64,000 nt of DNA from Laetmonice hystrix (taxonomy: Eukaryota): the NCBI GenBank assembly GCA_965235115.1, contig OZ249436.1, positions 46,252,001-46,316,000 of the forward strand, written 5' to 3'. Positions 23,936-37,334 of the stretch are shown one piece after another; position 1 is the first letter of the stretch, and each line of letters begins with the position of its first letter. The translations under genes and the position numbers were made by a program. The notes below the pieces were generated by a model. It was given only the letters and a program-made list of their open reading frames with translations. It had not been told where the DNA came from and did not search any database.

Positions 23936-25517
23936 CCGTCTACTGACTCCAGGATATGATCACGTCTGGCCTGTAGCAGTCAGTGACGGGGCGGGAACTC
24001 TTGCTCCATCTCACACCGTCCGCTGACCGTCTACTGACTCCAAGATATGACCACGTCTGGCCCGTAGCAGTCAGTGACGGGGCAGGAACTCTTGCTCTAT
24101 CTCACACCGTCCGCTGACGGTCTACTGACTCCAAGATATGATCACGTCTGGCCTGTAGCAGTCAGTGACGGGGCAGGAACTCTTGCTCCATCTCACACCG
24201 TCCGCTGACCGTCTACTGACCACGTCTGGCCTGTAGCAGTCAGTGACGGGGCAGGAACTCTTGCTCCATCTCACACCGTCCGCTGACCGTCTACTGACTC
24301 CAAGATATGACCACGTCTGGCCCGTAGCAGTCAGTGACGGGGCAGGAACTCTTGCTCTATCTCACACCGTCCGCTGACGGTCTACTGACTCCAAGATATG
24401 ATCACGTCTGGCCTGTAGCAGTCAGTGACGGGGCAGGAACTCTTGCTCCATCTCACACCGTCCGCTGACCGTCTACTGACTCCAAGATATGATCACGTCT
24501 GGCCTGTAGCAGTCAGTGACGGGGCAGGAACTCTTGCTCCATCTCACACCGTCCGCTGACCGTCTACTGACTCCAAGATATGATCACGTCTGGCCTGTAG
24601 CAGTCAGTGACGGGGCAGGAACTCTTGCTCCATCTCACACCGTCCGCTGACCGTCTACTGACTCCAAGATATCATCACGTCTGGCCTGTAGCAGTCAGTG
24701 ACGGGGCAGGAACTCTTGCTCCATCTCACACCGTCCGCTGACCGTCCGCTGACCGTCTACTGACTCCAAGATATCATCACGTCTGGCCTGTAGCAGTCAG
24801 TGACGGGGCAGGAACTCTTGCTCCATCTCACACCGTCCGCTGACCGTCTACTGACTCCAAGATATGACCACGTCTGGCCTGTAGCAGTCAGTGACGGGGC
24901 GGGAACTCTTGCTCCATCTCACACCGTCCGCTGACCGTCTACTGACTCCATGATATGACCACGTCTGGCCTGTAGCAGTCAGTGACGGGGCAGGAACTCT
25001 TGCTCCATCTCACACCGTCCGCTGACGGTCTACTGACCACGTCTGGCCTGTAGCAGTCAGTGACGGGGCAGGAACTCTTGCTCCATCTCACACCGTCCGC
25101 TGACCGTCTACTGACCACGTCTGGCCTGTAGCAGTCAGTGACGGGGCAGGAACTCTTGCCCCATCTCACACCGTCCGCTGACGGTCTACTGACCACGTCT
25201 GGCCTGTAGCAGTCAGTGACGGGGCAAGAACTCTTGCTCCATCTCACACCGTCCGCTGACGGTCTACTGACCACGTCTGGCCTGTAGCAGTCAGTGACGG
25301 GGCAGGAACTCTTGCTCCATCTCACACCGTCCGCTGACCGTCTACTGACTCCAAGATATGACCACGTCTGGCCTGTAGCAGTCAGTGACGGGGCAAGAAC
25401 TCTTGCTCCATCTCACACCGTCCGCTGACCGTCTACTGACTCCAAGATATGATCACGTCTGGCCTGTAGCACTCAGTGACGGGGCAGGAGCTCTTGCTCC
25501 ATCTCACACCGTCTGCT
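23936..25517. repeat. Minisatellite with 91-bp and 78-bp unit variants, about 18 copies
   Basis: TACTGAC recurs at 23941 and 24032 (period 91). The short variant lacks 13 bp (TCCAAGATATGA..) and is clustered at about 25020-25340. Confidence 0.95.
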
Positions 25518-27375
25518 GACCCAGTCGTGATGTATTATTCAATGGCTGGTCGTGTTTGACTGATCCAACAGTTGTGTTTAACCCTAAGGTCGCAGGTAAC
25601 GGTTGGTCGGGTGGCGATAGGTCGTGGGATAAGGCAGATCCCGGGGTGTGGTGGGGGCTAGGCGGACATTGTCTCACTGTCTGACCTGACAGACGGGTGG
25701 CCGGCCCGACAACTCGGACCAAGTTCACAGACTCTCCCTCCCAGTCAGAATTCACAGTCAGTGGCGGTAGTTCTCGTCATCTACAAAGTTTTATATATTC
25801 CTCACAGGGTCACAAAGCATGTTAGGGTAATTACAATATATCTTATTCATACACAGAGAATAATATGATGGCTAGAAATAAGGTTGACATTCATCCATCC
25901 ATTATAAGAGTTCATACGGCATTAGTCATTTAAAGGATTTAAAGGGGGAGCTGAGCTTTGTCTCTTCTTATGTTCCTGCATAGATCTATGTACTGGGCTG
26001 AAATGAAGTTCAGTATAAGTAAATGCAGTATTACATCCAGATCTGGCCCAGCTGAAGCTATTCTGTCCAATATGGTCGCCAGGGGACGCTTGTATAATCT
26101 TCAGTTCGCTAGAATATCTTGGGGAAATGCATGGGTGGTTTAGGGGAGCAAAGTTTATGAAACGGCCCCTCTTGCAGTAAATGATATCGTGATGATCACA
26201 AGCCAAGCGTCCGTATCCGTCCGATGAGTGTGTTTTGTCAGACCGAGGCCGGTTTGACGGGGGGGGGGGGGGGGGGAAGCGTCCCGCGAACCCGTGGTTT
26301 ATGACATTGCTATGGGCAACCGGACACAGCAATGTCTCACAGTCAACCTCACGATCTCTGATAGAATGGAGACGGTCGGACTCACATACCCGGGTCATGA
26401 CCTCTACCCCTCGAGACTTCCGTTTCAGTAACGTTATGTTTTATATACCCCCTTCCTTCACCCCCGCCCCCACCTCCTTCTTGCGGTGCCCCCCCCCCCC
26501 TAGGTATCTCACCTGGCACTAGCTCACCACGATGAACCGAGCGTTGTAACGGATACTGAGGTGAGCTTCAGGTTACCGTGTCACTTCTGTCACTTTACAG
26601 TAACTTACTGTTAGGGCTGCTACCTTCATCCTTCAGTTTCAGTGAAGTGGTATGAGTCAGGCCTTTTGTTCCTACATCTGAATCCCAATCTACGGCGTAC
26701 CTGTTAACCTTGACAAGTGACCTCAGTCACCGTTCGACTGTGAACGACTTGCGGCAGGCGTTCGTTTCTCAATATGACAATCCTCATACAGGTCACTGAG
26801 CCAAACATTTCTCTCTGCCGCTTTCCTTTGTGGCAATTGTAATATTATTGGTAAAAAAAGGTTTAAAAAAAACTGGTTTGGTGAGGGATGTACATGTAGA
26901 TGAGCGATCTATGCCTGTATCTGTGCGTCTTTACGTCGCCAGAGATCTACCTAAATACGATTGCGTGTGGATCGCAGGAATAGAATTGTTGGTCGTATAA
27001 AATCAACATGATGGCATGTGTAATTCCTGTGTGCGCGTAGTTGTATACATGTATCTGTATTTTTATTATCGGTCTGGCGTTTATACTATTCACAATCGGT
27101 GGTACACCTGAGGTAAGCCTGAGGATGTATACATAGACAGGAACGAGTGTGTGATACGTCCTGTATCGGACGAGGCGACAAGCGCGGAGTAATATCTGCA
27201 CGATCCCGATAGAGGTGCTGATGTGAACCTCCGCGCTGGCTGCATAAACTTCCATTCATTTGTTAAACAAAGGATATGTACAGAATGTATAGAAAGGTCG
27301 TGGATTGGCCTGTTTATGATGTCATTACCACGATAATACACACATGGTCTCATCATCATCAAGGAACTGACACAT

Positions 27376-27461
27376 CCTCTTACTTAATCCTTATATACCC
27401 TCTTACCTAATCCTTATATACCCTCTTACTTAATCCTTGTATACCCTCTTACTTAATCCTT
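27376..27461. repeat. 23-bp tandem repeat, about 4 copies
   Basis: Unit CCTCTTACTTAATCCTTATATAC. Confidence 0.85.
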
Positions 27462-27652
27462 TAATCCGGGTGATGTGTTGATGATTATAGGTCATAATCA
27501 TGGGCGCCGGAACTGGGGGGAAAGGGAACCGATTCTCCCTCAATACGGGAGTTTCACAAAAGTTCACTCAAATCCCACTCTGCGCCGCCACCGCTAAAAG
27601 CCCACTTCCGCCGACACTGGGACTTCCGGTGTCAACACCCAGTACGACACAC

Positions 27653-27760
27653 CGCCGGTCTCTTTCCGAGTATACATGATCGTCGGGCTTGATTGAGCTG
27701 ACATGCTCTACCTCGGTTGCCAGTGAAACAAGTTTCTCTTATTTGGTCTTCTTGTTGCAT
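27653..27760 (+). pseudogene. Possible relic of a hAT transposase C-terminal dimerization domain
   Basis: Across one frameshift it reads LFPSIH..LIELTCSTSVASETSFSYL, resembling the hAT motif FPxIxxLLxIxLTxPxTSxxxERSFSxL. By-eye match only. Confidence 0.3.
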
Positions 27761-30700
27761 GGCAAACCTCTTTCTGCCAAATACTTTCGTAATTCCTTCA
27801 CTGTCCGGCCGCAAAGCCATGACTCCGGAAGGAGCAGTGACTGCAGACCACTCAGCGCACATTTTGGCCCCCTGTGCCCTCCCCCCCCCCCCCCCATCGC
27901 ATCCGTATATGCATTGTGGAGATAGAGTTCACTCCACTGGAGAAAGAAACACTCTGAAATTTGCTATACGCTTGGCGTCAAGATTGTGTATATATAAAGT
28001 GAACTATAGTGTAAACGGCGGAATGGCAGAAGATTATCGCCCTAATCTACAGTCGAGGTTTTCATACAAACCTGTCGAGTCTAATGCCCTGGTCGTCCGA
28101 CGTTTTGGCCACACACGACATTTGCACATAAATTGATTCATTTGTTCTGAATTAGTGTCTGTCTTTTTGGAGCAGAGGTTCGCACTCTAAATCAAACTGG
28201 TTTTTTCCACGTGGTAACTGCTGATGTTTGCTCAGTCTGCAACCTGTCCCATCCAATGTACTTATATGGCGGTTCTATAGCGAACTGCTTCCACTTACCA
28301 AAGATTGGGTATGAATAATAAGGCATACAGTATGGTGTAATGCCAGGACTTACAGAACTAATGGAAGATTTTTAGTGGTTCAAATCGAACGGATATTTCA
28401 GTGAAATCTAACAGTTCAACAAAGTATAACAGTAACAGTTGCATAGCAATAAATTGTCTGCGATCTTTTAGCAGATAACAGAAAATGTTGGCATGCTATG
28501 AGACCTTGAGCTAAAAACATGCGCAGTATTTTGAAAGTCTGCTTAAGTCGGAATTTATAAAAGCAGCAGTTCATCGCAAGAATTAGTTGACCTTCAATTG
28601 TCACTTAAGTCCTAAGATTTAGTTATACCTGGGGGAACCTAAGAAAACATTTGTATCTACTGTGAACTACTGTGGTATTGAACCACATATTTAATCTGAG
28701 AATCGCATTGACCACATTCATTGTCAGATATATAGTCCAACCATAGACTGGGATCCGTTTAATCATAGTCTATCGTTTGAATTATGTAACATGAGTTAAC
28801 CTTTTCTAAAATGTACATTAGTATTTCCTATTCCATCTATTCTACTTAAAGGTATAAATCGGAACGTTTCCAGTTTTGTTCTTGCAGTCGGTTGGCGAAC
28901 TGTCAGTAATCTAACGGAGCGCACCAATCACAACTCAGCATCAGTAAACTGTAATAGGCACGATATTGATCTTGATCTAAGCTTGTCGCAGACCACGCTA
29001 TATTTTGGAAATCTCTCTGGAGGGCAGTCTCCGACCAGGGACAGCGGAATAAATAGCCGGAAATGACATGGCGAACTGCCAGGAACTTGGCCGTAATGTG
29101 AGACTGGACGACAAGGAAAGAATCATCCTCCCACATTTTATTACTAGAACTCTCAGACTATAGCGACTAGAAACTTTGGTTTAAGGCGTCTGAAATATTG
29201 TTTGCAAGATATTTAGGCATATGTTTTGTATGTGCTGAAACATATATTATTGTTTTTGAGGCTTTCATATTACTAGTATGTCTGGTAGTACGCCGTTATG
29301 CCCATCTTATTTGGCTCACACATAGATCCTGACATTTCTCTTACTACCAGAGGTGAACTTTACGGAGGCGCGTGGAAATATGGTAAAACGGCAGCGATAA
29401 CCCGGAAATAAGACAGAAGTAGGCAAGGCTGGCGCTTTGTATTGATTGAGGCATATAACACAGCAGGCATAGCTTTAGGCCTGATACCAAAGAGGCGCAC
29501 AGCCGGCGCGCTGCATATTAAGTAGAAACAATGATCTGCTACCTTAAGGCGACACAGACAGGAAGTAGACTGGCAATGTTACCTTCCTCTTGCAGCAACT
29601 CATCAATACTTAATGTCCTGTCAGAATGATACCTGCTGATGGCTGTCATGTGCGATACTGCTCGCAAAATATTCACCCAAAGGTCACTGAAGGATGATCA
29701 TGACATTTTCTCTGTCCTGGGGAAGGACACCTCAAAGTTCAGCAAGATACAAACATATCTAGCCCGTGATGTGAGGAGATAGTGGCATGTGTTTATGAAG
29801 CTTCATGCAGGACTTCTTTCGGAAAATTCCCTTTGCGATACTTCTCGGATTTCAGTCGGCTTTATGCTAGTAAAAACAAGAAAATAACGTGATAGGTTGT
29901 GGCGTGCATGAAATACGACTAGACGTATACCCTGTCATCATTTGTCCTGAGGTTTTTAACTGTCTTGCTGCAGACCTATTCCATACAGCATGCACACTTA
30001 GGCTTTCATATCAAATGACACAATGCAAACTTTCCTTGATGTGTATGTTTATCCTTGATGGGAAAAGCTCTAGGCATCGGTGTGTCTCAATATTATTCTT
30101 TTTGTTATTTTTTTATTTTTATTTAATTTTCAATTTTCCAGTCATTCTGTTAGGGGTATTTTAAAGTCTTAGATTCTTATATGGAGAACTCTGTTGAACC
30201 CATGTCACCAGTCTTCCAGCGCAAAGGGATCTTGTAAAATCTGTTATCAAACCGAAAATTTAAGTGTAGACTGAACCGTACTTTTTCATAATATGCGTTT
30301 CCGTGCATATTTGGTCTGGTGGTGGCCGAGTTTGGCGTTTTTAATTTGGTGTGAGTTATAGGTTATAGTAATCGGCCCCAGGCAATAGCCTCCTGTACTG
30401 CATGCATGCATGGCTTTGATAACATTTACAGACCGAATTAAAGACGTCCTACTGTCTTTTGATTATATTTGTAAACTTTTACCCAAGATTTAACCTACAT
30501 GGATCCATTATTCTATTTTTGAGGCGTCACCGCATGACGGGTCACCTATTATAACATTTCACGCCAAAACCACACAGAATATAGGCTCTGTACATGTACA
30601 CCGAATATTGTACATATTCAAACACATTGATGAAAAAATGGTCACGATGAGAGGCCCTCATTTTGCAAGTCATGCAAACAGAAAGTTCTGAAGAAAAAGC

Positions 30701-30783
30701 TAGTCTAGATTGTTGTAATATCTGTGAGAATCAGCTGAGATGATAATAATATGTTGACTACTTTCCACTCTAGTCTTGAAATA

Positions 30784-31642
30784 ATGTTTTTACCTGTTGT
30801 TTCATGGTTATGTCAGGAAGGGTTTTGTTAGCCCTCACCCACCACCCTCTTACCCCACGTCAGTCTATAATGTTTTTACCTGTTGTTTCATGGTTCTGTC
30901 AGGAAGGGTTTTGTTAGCCCTCACCCACCACTCTCTTGCCCCACGTCAGTCTATAATGTTGTTTACCTGTTGTTTCATGGTTCTGTCAGGAAGTGTTTTG
31001 TTAGCCCTCACCCACCACTCTCTTGCCCCACGTCAGTCTATAATGTTGTTTACCTGTTGTTTCATGGTTCTGTCAGGAAGGGTTTTGTTAGCCCTCACCC
31101 ACCACTCTCTTACCCCACGTCAGTCTATAATGTTGTTTACCTGTTGTTTCATGGTTCTGTCAGGAAGGGTTTTGTTAGCCCTCACCCACCACTCTCTTAC
31201 CCCACGTCAGTCTATAATGTTGTTTACCTGTTGTTTCATGGTTCTGTCAGGAAGGGTTTTGTTAGCCCTCACCCACCACTCTCTTACCCCACGTCAGTCT
31301 ATAATGTTGTTTACCTGTTGTTTCATGGTTCTGTCAGGAAGGGTTTTGTTAGCCCTCACCCACCACTCTCTTGCCCCACCTCAGTCTATAATGTTGTTTA
31401 CCTGTTGTTTCATGGTTCTGTCAGGAAGGGTTTTGTTAGCCCTCACCCACCACTCTCTTACCCCACGTCAGTCTATAATGTTTTTACCTGTTGTTTCATG
31501 GTTCTGTCAGGAAGGGTTTTGTTAGCCCTCACCCATCACTCTCTTACCCCACGTCAGTCTATAATGTTTTTACCTGTTGTTTCATGGTTCTGTCAGGAAG
31601 GGTTTTGTTAGCCCTCACCCACCACTCTCTTACCCCACGTCA
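30784..31642. repeat. 87-bp (some units 86-bp) minisatellite, about 10 copies
   Basis: Unit ...TACCTGTTGTTTCATGGTTCTGTCAGGAAGGGTTTTGTTAGCCCTCACCCACCACTCTCTTACCCCACGTCAGTCTATAATGTTGTT; it explains the two 242-aa ORFs. Confidence 0.95.
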
Positions 31643-34202
31643 GATTCTGATTATGACCAAAGTTCCTCTCACGGCTTGAATAGCCAACTGATTGAAGCCA
31701 AGCTAATTCAGGGGGCAACACAGTGCATTTGTCTGGTGAACAACAAACTGGCTCCTCAGTTATCTGGCTTGCGTTTAATACATTTACCCTCTCTCTTCCA
31801 ACTCAGCGCCTATGGTCATTCACAGCATGCACACAGCCTCGCAGCCTCCTCTCAGATGACTGGGTCGTCTTCTTTCCTCAAACTTCTTTGAGGATGAAGA
31901 AGGGTATCACTTAAAGATGGAGTAAAAGGTATGGGGAACATCAATATCTCATCTTCTTATCATCACATCATCAGGGCAGTGCTCGTTTGAATGTGCTTCA
32001 GTGGAGACCGTGCCGGTGTTATTGGTTAGACTCAGTTCAGTTCACTCAGACAGAGAGAGATATCGAGAGATAGAGAGAGAGTTAGAGTTAGAGAGTTGAG
32101 GCAGGCATGCAAGATGAAAATTTTAGTTGTAATTAGATTCAACCAAATTTACTGTGAAGAATTATTATACCAAACTAACAACCCCTTCTCTCATCACCCC
32201 GACTAATTCCAGTTCTGGCACCGTGCCAGCTGTTCAACCCTTTCATTTTGCCGGTGTTTTCTTGTTCCGTTTCGCCCGCAGTGCGGTAAGGGTTGGGATG
32301 AAAACACAACTTCCCTATTGTTTTTTCTCAACCTCTCGAGGATCACGCAGAACTAAGGACAACGATATGCAATTTGCATGTTGACAGTTCCCCAAAGAAC
32401 CCTCTCCGACAAAAGATGGGGCACCGGTACCCGCACGGGTGAACGCACAAGACCTTGCAAGGGACACTCTAACAGCTTAATGAGTGTGGGATGGAATAAA
32501 CGAACGTGTAACACTTGCTGACGACGCGACAAGAAAATATCATTTCACGCCTCATCAGCCATGTGATGGAAGTACTTATTTCTGCTTCGCTGCCCCGAAC
32601 GGTTTCGAAAGCGCTTGTCGTGTGTGACCCCTGTAGCTAAAGGACTTGCGTGAAAGGCCCTTGTACCTGTTCAATATAGTCACCCCCTCTGGCGGCAAAC
32701 AATTACATGTTTGATTTGTTTAGCTGTCGGGATCAATTTGAGAAGGCCGTTGTGGTGAAGAGGAATTTGCTGAATATCCTTTCTTGTATCAATTCGTCTG
32801 TCCATGGGTAAACCATGGATCCAGGGGCGCCAGGAATAGTCCTTAGGGTCGGTTTAGTGTAAGAAGTGGGCCGTGTGAGGAACCGAGCTTCTTCTCATGT
32901 AGAATTATTATGCGGCTCGCCACATCCTGCCTCAGTCTCGCCACATCCTGCCTCACATCATTATTATGCGGCTCGCCACATCCCAGCCCCGTGCTCGCCA
33001 CATTACAGTCTCAAGTAATAGATTGAGCATCGATCAGCCATGCTCGCACTTCAAGCCTTCAATCTTTTCATTCCAACCGTTTAACAGCTGCAGGAGATGC
33101 CTTCATTAAGTTGCGGTATAACATAGTTTGTTAGAAGTATAATGAGATTAACCAGTGGTGGTTGATTACAGGACGATGATGGCAGGAGAACGATTATTTC
33201 ATGATTGCCAAGAATACACGCGTGAACAAACTTTGAAGAAAGACACGGCGAAGGAAATGTCAGGTGTTCATACATATGAAAATGCGTTATGATACCAGCG
33301 ACACGGGAGGTGGGGGCTGAAAGAGGTTGCACCTTAAACATTGATAGCCAAAATGAGAAATTATGCTTTTCATGTCGCAGCGCAGCGGTTCCGCCGGCCT
33401 TGGTGATACACCCTGTAAAGTTTATAACATTGTGTACGCCTCATGAGGAATATCATTCCTTTCCTTTCCTTTCCAGCTTTCCTCAATACTGCCTTTCTGT
33501 ATTTGTATTAATACGTCACTGCTATGTGAAATTTCAAAGTGAGTTTGAATGCGAGCCGTCGCTAGACGTACTGATTGTTTTTGTGAATGTTGAGATATCC
33601 TCTTTGTAATCTCATTCAGATCAGCGGATTCAGGACAACAGTCAGGGAGGATTATCGGTATTAGCCGGCTATTGTAGGTGGGATTAACGACAAGACAGAC
33701 AGAACTGACAGGGGTTGTCAGCTTAGTGAGCTGATTGCCCACAACATTGTGGATGAGAATTGGTAGGGTGTGGTCAGGTCTGCGGCAGGTACTGACACCG
33801 ACTGAGTCAGGTGATGCCATGAGGGGAAGGGTGGGTGGGCGGCAATAAGGGTAACATTAAGGGTATGATCTGAGCCAGGTCACAGCCTGTGTGATCAGAC
33901 GTAGAACCGATCCTTTCATCTTCCGAGATAACTATTGGGCTGGTGTTGGGTGTCAACTTCACTCAGTATGTCAAACTTCACAGTTCAGCACATTAAACTT
34001 AATACACATAATACCATCGGTTGCATGTTTGTCTGAAATTGTCACATTTGGGATATTATATTCTTCATGAAATATCTTTACGAGGCAAAGCATTTGATGT
34101 ATAGAACGAGTACACTATGACGTCACCGAAATTTTCGGTCAAGTAATGCAAAAATGGCGAATAATGAAACGCATAAGCTGAAGAAATGGTGTAAAAAAAC
34201 AA

Positions 34203-34765
34203 GAGGGAAGATACAAACGAATACATAGTTTACATAGATGATACAGATTAATTAAGGGAAGATAGAAACGAATACATCGTCTACATAGATGATACAGATT
34301 ACATAGATGCTACAGATTTATTGAGGGAAGATACAAACGAATACATCATCTACATAGATGATACAGATTACATAGATGATACAGATTTAATGAGGGAAGA
34401 TACAAACGAAAACATCGTCTACATAGATGATACAGATTACATAGATGCTACAGATTTATTGAGGGAAGATACAAACGAATACATCATCTACATAGATGAT
34501 ACAGATTACATAGATGATACAGATTAATTGAGGGAAGATACAAACGAATACATAGTTTACTTAGATGATACAGATTAATTGAGGGAAGATACAAATGAAT
34601 ACATCGTTTACATAGATGATACAGATTACATAGATGATACAGATTTATTGAGGGAAGATACAAACGAATACATAGTTTACATAGATGATACAGATTAATT
34701 GAGGGAAGATAGAAATAAATACATAGTTTACATAGATGATACAGATTAAGTAAGGGAAGATACAA
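34203..34765. repeat. Minisatellite with 51/69-bp units built on an 18-bp subunit (CATAGATGATACAGATTA)
   Basis: GAGGGAAGATACAAACGAATACAT recurs, followed by one or two 18-bp subunits. Confidence 0.9.
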
Positions 34766-35619
34766 CAAAAGTGTTATTACATCCCGCTGCCTGGCTGTCC
34801 TTTAGTCTCATCACCAGCAAAGATCAAACTTGGGTATAGTCTTTGAAGCGGTCAACTAAAGCCCCGGCGTGGTGCGACGTGAGGGTGTTCGTTCATGTCG
34901 TCCGGATCAAAGCCACTTTGGTGTCTGCCTCTCTATCTCCACATCAAAAGTAGGAAATGAAGATTATAACAAATGGCAGCTGCTGCAACTCATCATCAAG
35001 ATTATTAATGTTCCCAGCTGTGATGACGTCTCCTGTATCGTGATTATAAAGGCAGCGTTAAGAAGTGCGCCTTAAAACACGCCATATGTGTAAAGGGTTA
35101 ATGCAATTTTGTATCCTATTAGTGGTAGCGTCCGAGTGGTCAAGTGGGGCTGCTGTAACGTGGAAGACAAATCATCCACTAAGTTCATTCTCCGCTCGGT
35201 GGTGAGCGGGCCGGCCTGGCTTGATGGAGCACTCAATTTAGCCGTCGCTCCCTTTTTTGCAAACGTGAGAATTATACTGATGCCCATTATCATGTTTCGT
35301 AAATGTGTAATCTGTGTGTTTAATGTGGTATGTTTATGAGATTATAGGATGAGGCTTTCCGGGTGGATTTCTATAGCTGGCCTATAGATTAAGCTTTCCG
35401 ACTGGTAATCCTTGGAGTCAGACGGACAGCTTGTCTGCCTCTGGAGGACCTGCAGGAGGAGGAGGAGCTGAGAGGAAGGTCAAGGTGGTGGCGGCTACAT
35501 CCATTCCTCCTGCACCTCCTCCTCCTCCTGTGCTGCATCAGATGACCTTGGGTAAGCATGATGGAGGGCCAGGTTGATGAGGTATCTAATGAAGTCAGCA
35601 GACAGCGGTGGGAATGGCT

Positions 35620-35971
35620 GTGTATAACCCTGGCCAGTTGGTCTCAACAACCCGGCACTGGCCGTGTATAACCCTGACCAGTTGGTCTCCACAATCCGGC
35701 ACTGGCCGTGTATAACCCTGACCAGTTGGTCTCCACAATCCGGCACTGGCCGTGTATAACCCTGACCAGTTGGTCTCCACAATCCGGCACTGGCCGTGTA
35801 TAACCCTGACCAGTTGGTCTCCACAATCCGGCACTGGCCGTGTATAACCCTGACCAGTTGGTCTCCACAATCCGGCGCTGGTCGTGTATAACCCTGACCA
35901 GTTGGTCTCCACAATCCGGCACTGGCCGTGTATAACCCTGACCAGTTGGTCTCCACAATCCGGCACTGGCC
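35620..35971. repeat. 44-bp minisatellite, 8 copies
   Basis: Unit GTGTATAACCCTGACCAGTTGGTCTCCACAATCCGGCACTGGCC. Confidence 0.95.
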
Positions 35972-36970
35972 TAAAGTCCAGCGACCTCTATACTCACTGC
36001 ACCGCCCTTGGTACCAGGAGTATGGAAAAATACACAGCCAGGGAAGGAACTCGTATCGGGGGCCGTTCTACATCCCAAATCAAGGTGTTTCTACAGGATC
36101 CTGACAATCATGCTGATGGATCGTCCTATGAAATTTATACGACTTAATCTAGGAATGGAGAAATAGGATTGTGTTATGATTGCCATATAACGCCGGGAGA
36201 TTGTCCATTCGAAGCTGTGGTGAACAACGAGATAGCACTAACCACATCGCTGGCTTGTTGCTGATCAGAAAACAATAGCAGAGCGGGGTGCAGGCACAGG
36301 CATCATATGAAAAGGGACATAAAAAAGATCTCATCATACGACATGTACTAAAAAACGGAATCCCGTTGATTAAGACTTGTGACAGATCAACGGAAATTAC
36401 CTTTCTAACGACAAGGGAGTGCGCTGCGAGCGTCATTATGCTGGGATGGAAGTTGCAAAAACAACAAATGGTTATTTTGTTCATTCTCTATAAATTGCCT
36501 CAATTTCTGTCACAACATACTAAAGATTTGTTCACCTTTGTCACCCCTATCACATTGAATATGATAGTATCTGAAAAATTTCTTTTAGCATTCCTTATTA
36601 TAATCAGCATAAACCTGAGTTAGTTGAGAAAGCTAGAACCTCACCAAGGTCGCTAACCTGATAAACACACCACAGTAAAACATATACCTGGTGGTGACTA
36701 CATTCAGAGAACAGGATAACGGTCATAATTATTATTATCCGGTTTGAAAAAAAGGATAGACATGTTTAAACTCGATGTTGCTATACTTTGTTATGTAATT
36801 CAGCGCACGTATCTAACATATACGTAGCCATCCTGCTCGACCACATGCTTTCCAGAGCATGCGTGGTCCGACGTTCCCGTTGTACTTCCGGTGGGCGTGA
36901 CGTCACAAAACGGGTGATAATGAAGGTTGATAACATAGGCCTAAGTCTAGAAACAGTAGAATGAAGATCT

Positions 36971-37100
36971 CCTCTCCCCTTTGTGACATCACGGCCTGCG
37001 CTCCCCCTCCCCTTTGTGACATCACGGCCTGCGCTCCCTCCCCTTGGTGACATCACGGCCTGCGCCCCCTCCCCTTGGTGACATCACGGCCTGCCCCCCC
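36971..37100. repeat. 31-33-bp repeat x4 carrying GTGACATCAC (duplicate near 41297-41427)
   Basis: GTGACATCACGGCCTGC at 36983, 37016, 37047 and 37078. Confidence 0.85.
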
Positions 37101-37262
37101 CCTCCCCCGATAAGACCGCCTCTCCCGACAGAACACTACTGTCCTACATGTGCAGACCGGAACGGGGCGGACGAGGCCTGCCGCCGCACCATGTCATGCA
37201 TGAATCGGTATTGCAGACCAAAACCGCATTTGTATTTAGTCCTTCCCTTGAGCTATCATGGC

Positions 37263-37334
37263 GGCTTGTTGGTCTAGGGGCATGATTCTCGCTTTGGGTG
37301 CGAGAGGTCCCGGGTTCAAATCCCGGACAAGCCC
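37263..37334 (+). tRNA. trnP: tRNA-Pro (anticodon TGG)
   Basis: GGCTTGTTGGTCTAGGGGCATGATTCTCGCTTTGGGTGCGAGAGGTCCCGGGTTCAAATCCCGGACAAGCCC, 72 nt. It matches the metazoan tRNA-Pro body with intact stems and A/B boxes, and has a TTTTT terminator 3 bp downstream. Confidence 0.95.

Noticed and set aside
6976-25517. CRISPR-like appearance of regular repeats
   Set aside because: The monomers are contiguous with no unique spacers, there are no cas genes, and the context is eukaryotic.
30797-31891. Two 242-aa ORFs
   Set aside because: Both arise from the 87-bp minisatellite in different frames and switch frame at 86-bp units; there is no sign that either is preferred.
33422-33820. 132-aa minus-strand ORF (MASPDSVGVSTC...)
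   Set aside because: No recognisable domain, splice context or homolog; an overlapping plus-strand ORF of similar length exists.
35110-35170. GTAGCGTCCGAGTGGTCAAG resembling a tRNA A-box
   Set aside because: No cloverleaf or B-box follows.
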